Origin: Rebecca billardiae RCC1528
Lineage: Eukaryota > Protista > Haptophyta
DNA: 64,000 bases
Direction of reading: 5' to 3'
NCBI GenBank assembly: GCA_965240325.2
Contig: OZ251248.1
Coordinates: forward strand, 248,001 to 312,000
Shown: positions 60,175-64,000 of the stretch, piece after piece
Layout: each line of letters starts with the position of its first letter
How positions within the stretch are numbered: the stretch's first letter is position 1
The notes under the pieces: model-generated
What the model was told of the DNA's origin: nothing
The model's database searches: none
What the model saw: only the letters and a program-made list of their open reading frames with translations
Made by a program: the position numbers and the translations under genes

Positions 60175-61525
60175 ATGCGGCTGCCGCGGCGGCGCGGGCT
60201 CGCGATCTCGGCGATCGAGGGCGAGCGCGAGGCGATGCAGTTCGGCCCCGACGCCACCTCCGCGCGCTGGTACCGCGCCAACCGCCAGCGGCGCTGGTGG
60301 GCTCGTGTGATCCACCCAAACTCCGACTTCCGGAAGTGCTGGGACGCGGTCGTCTCGCTCGCGGCGCTCGGGCTGATCTGGCAGGTGCCGCTGCACCTCG
60401 TGTTCGAGTGGTGGATCCCGCCGCTCGCGCTCATCGACCGGCTCGTCTCGACGCTCTGGGTGCCCACGCTCGTGCTGCGCGCGCTCGCCCAGTGCCTCTT
60501 TGCGGCCGACGTCATGCTCAACCTGCGCACCGGGTACGTGACGCGCGACGGCGTGCTGGTGATGGACGAGTGGAAGATCGTGCGGCGGTACGCGCTGCGC
60601 TGGCTCCTCGTCGACCTCGTGTGCTGCCTCCCGCTCGAGACGCTCTACCCCGAGGACCACGCCGCGTCGTGGCTCGGTCCGTATGCATGCCGCAAGCGCG
60701 CGCGCTCGCGCGAGCGCAGTACGGACACGGCGCTCTTCTACTGCGAGCGGCAGCTCGGGCTGCGCGGGAAGCTGCGCAACGTGCGCCGCGTGCTCTCCAA
60801 CCTGCCGCCGGTGCCGCGGATGGTCGGCTTCGCCAAGGGGCAGCGCCAGCTGCTCCCGACGCTGCGCGCCCTCCCCTGGGTGGTCAGGCGCACCGCACGC
60901 ACCATCTCGACCGCGAAACGGCTCAAGTGGTTCAAGCTCGGGCGGATGCTGCAGCTGCTCAGGCTGGTGCGCGCGCTGTACGATCGGGCCAAGTACGCGT
61001 ACCACTCCACGCGCAAGCGGCTGCGCGCGCGCCAGCTCTGGCTGCGCAGCCAGCGCCAGCTGAGGCGCAAGTCGCCGCAGTATCAGCTCGCGGCCGGCGG
61101 CGGCGGCGACGGCGGCGGCTTCGGCGGTCGGCTTCGCTCCTTCTCGCTCACGCCGCTGCCGCAGCAGCGCCGCGTGCGCAGCGCGCTGGGCTGGCTCTCG
61201 CCGCGCGGCGTGCGGCGCAAGGGCGACGCCGACCCCGGCGCAGGGCGCTGGAACACGCCGCCGCTCGCGCTGCTACGCGAGGCAGACGCTCTGTGCGGGA
61301 CGGAGGAGGCGGCGGCCGCGGCGGCCGCGGCCATCGCGGCGGCCAGCGCGCCCGCGACGGAGAATCTGCGGGTCTTCGCGACGCCGAGCGTGCGTAGCCT
61401 TCGCGGTGGCGGCGACGCCGGGCGCAGTCGGAGGCTGTACGACCACGACGAGTGCCGCACTGGCGCCCACGCGGACGACGACGACACAGACGATGACGAA
61501 GACGATGACGACGACGATGATGACA

Positions 61526-61556
<31 letters not shown>

Positions 61557-61716
61557 CATTGCTGACTGTCACGCAGCCGCGTACGCCGACGCGGCGAGCA
61601 AGTCGTACTACCATTCGACGGGCAGCTTCGACACGGCACGCATGAGACGGTCGGCGGGCGGACCCGACCCGAGGGAGAGCGTGCTGCGGCAGCTGCAGCA
61701 GCTGGCCGCTCGGTGA
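60175..61716 (+). CDS. CNG/KCNH/HCN-like voltage-sensor-domain protein lacking a pore
   Basis: VIHPNSDFRKCWD, LFAADVMLNLRTGY..IVRRYALRWLLVDLVCCLP and an S4-like KRLKWFKLGRMLQLLRLVR. No S5-P-S6, GYG or CNBD before the stop. Confidence 0.7.
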
Positions 61717-61910
61717 CGCCTGCGGCCTGACTGGGGCTGACGGCCTCTCACTGACGCATACCGTCACTCCGTATGACAGCGGCAGTATACGTCCGGTAGA
61801 TAATAAGTAGTGTGAACGTACTACTACCGCGTCAGTATATATTCGCGTAGTCAGTCTTTTATATATATAAGACTGACTGACTGATTAGATATATTATTAT
61901 ATACGACTTA

Positions 61911-63859
61911 CCAGGTCGTTCCCCCTGCACTGGGAATCCGCGGTTTGGACATACGAGAAAAACAGCCGCAGGACGCACCCGTCGCTACCCGCGAATAAGA
62001 TTTTCAGGTCTCGCGGGTGCGGATGTGCGTCAATCGATGAGCTGGTCTCGCAATCCCAAAATTGAGCCGCAACGAGATAGAAGGCAGGGCGGAGCCCCCG
62101 GTGGCGGCTCGGCAGGCGAGGGCCGACCAAATCTTGACCTTTTGCCCTCGGCGGCAGGCGGGCAGCGGCAAGGCGGCCGAGCGCCGTTGGCGGGGCGCGC
62201 CCGGGGCACGCCGCACGGCGCTGCGGGCGCGGATGTGCTCGCGGAGCCGGCTTGCGTGGACAGGCTGTCGCGGGAGAGTATCTGGCGCCCTCCTGCGCCG
62301 CGCGTCTCGCGCCACGCCTCTTTTCGCCGCGGCTCAGGGCAGCGCGCACGCGCGCGCCGCCTCGAGGCCCGAGCACTGCCGCGCCGCAGCCAACCGCGCG
62401 CGCGCCGTGCGCGGCGTGGTCGGGAAGGAACGGGGGGTGCTGCCGGGCGAGATGACGACATCATGTGCGCACGCCATGCCGCCCCGCGGCGCCGCGAAAG
62501 GGCACGATAACGGATCCGCACAGCTGTTGACGAGTGCTGCTTTCTTGTCGTGCCTGAAGCCAGACCTGAGCTCGAAGAAGATGATGAAAGTGCATCCGCG
62601 CGAGGAAAGCGTCGCACCCAGCACTTCTACATGACCACGCAGTGATGAACATTCATGTAAGAGTTTCCCGCGTGCCCGTCTGGCACTGTTCTGTGTCTCA
62701 ATGATCGTCCCGACAAGGCGGTCACGACCGCGAGGCCGCGTGCACACCATTTGTGACAACTCGAAGAGGCGTGCAAACGGACCGGCGACACGCTCGGCAA
62801 GGCGTGGCGGGGCGGCATGGCGTGCGCACATGATATCGCCATCTCGCCCGGCAGCCGCGCCCGTTCCTTCCCGACCACGCCGCGCACGGCGCGCGCGCGG
62901 TCGGCTGCAGCGCAGGCAAGGCTGGCCTTGAGGCGGCGCGCGCGCGTGCGCGCTGCCCTGAGCCGAGGCGAAAGAGGCGTGGCGCAAGTCGCGCGGCGCA
63001 GGAGGGCGGCAGATACTCTCCCGCAACAGCCCGTCCACGCACGCCGGCTCCGCAAGCACATCCGCGCCCGCAGCGCCCTGGCCCGGGCGCGCCCCCCAGC
63101 GGTCACGACCGCGAGGCCGTGCGGCACACCTGACACCATTTGTGACAACTGGAAGAGGCGTGCAAACGGACCGGCGACACGCTCGGCAAGGCGTGGCGCG
63201 GCGGCATGGCGTGCGCACATGATGTCGCCATCTCGCCCGGCAGCACCCCCCGTTCCTTCCCGACCACGCCGCGCACGGCGCGCGCGCGACCGGCTGCGGC
63301 GCAGGCAAGGCTGGCCTTCGGAGGCGGCGCGCGCGTGTGCGCTGCCCTGAGCCGAGGCGAAAGAGGCGTGGCGCAAGTCGCACGGCGCAGGAGGGCGGCA
63401 GATACTCTCCCGCAACAGCCCGTCCACGCACGCCGGCTCCGCGAGCACATCCGCGCCCGCAGTGCCCTGGCCCGGGCGCGCCCCCCAGCCGGGGCCAGCG
63501 GCATCGCACTCGTGCCCGGCCGCAGCCGCAGGGGGCGGGTCAGAATCGGTGCTCCGCACCCGCGGCGGAGGGCTCCCGCCTCCAGGTTGCACACGAAGAA
63601 CTCATTTCCAGCGCATCGATTTCGTGAGCGGACTATCGCTGACGAGGCTGATTACTGCGTTCCACGGCTTTGCCGCGCTCGGGATTTGGCTTCTCCAATG
63701 GATGGATCTAGTTTCGTCATTTTCAATTGGAAAGCTCGATTAGATCGTTCAAGTGGTCTGATAGACGAAGCGGAAGACTAAATCTGCGTTGCTATGCCGC
63801 GGCCTCGCGCTCTGAATAGGGCGAAACCGCGGATTCCCAGTGCACGGGGAACGACCTGG
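61911..63859. mobile_element. Non-autonomous TIR element with TA TSD (Tc1/mariner-type ends)
   Basis: 36-bp TIRs at 61911-61946 and 63824-63859 match at 35/36, with TA on both sides. An internal 381-bp tandem pair plus an inverted third copy. Confidence 0.85.
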
Positions 63860-64000
63860 TAGGCCGAGAGACCGCGCGCTATGAGTGACTAGCTATCTGA
63901 CTCTGAGTATATGAGTTATATTAATAATGAATAATATGCTGATATGACTAAATATATGTGCGCTGACGATATCGGACGATATATATACTAGGTGTATGTA

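Overview
This is gene-dense eukaryotic nuclear DNA of very high GC, with short GC-rich GT-AG introns (donors often GTGCGC) and (TA)n-rich intergenic patches. That style suggests a haptophyte such as a Pavlovales alga, which is an inference only. About 17 protein genes are supportable. Enzymes: an ABHD17-like hydrolase, an aldo-keto reductase, a TauD-like dioxygenase and a GT61-like glycosyltransferase. Ubiquitin and trafficking: two F-box-like/RCC1 paralogs, an F-box-like/LRR protein, an Ede1/Eps15-like EH protein, an ArfGAP and a UBE2O-like E2. Others: an RTX-type Ca-binding secreted protein, a TauE/SafE transporter, a pore-less CNG/KCNH-like voltage-sensor protein, two EsV-1-7 Cys-rich repeat arrays and several hypotheticals. 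Two transposon islands (about 0.5-7 kb and 26.9-36.2 kb) can be dissected from sequence alone. They hold four copies of a ~1.5 kb Helitron2/Helentron-like element carrying a Ulp1-like fragment, a TIR element inserted into the terminal hairpin of one copy, a CACAGTG-ended element hosting another copy, and an 8-bp-TSD element. A TA-TSD element, a near-perfect foldback and solo Tc1/mariner-like ends lie elsewhere in the window. Most long ORFs in the supplied track are GC-driven shadow frames.
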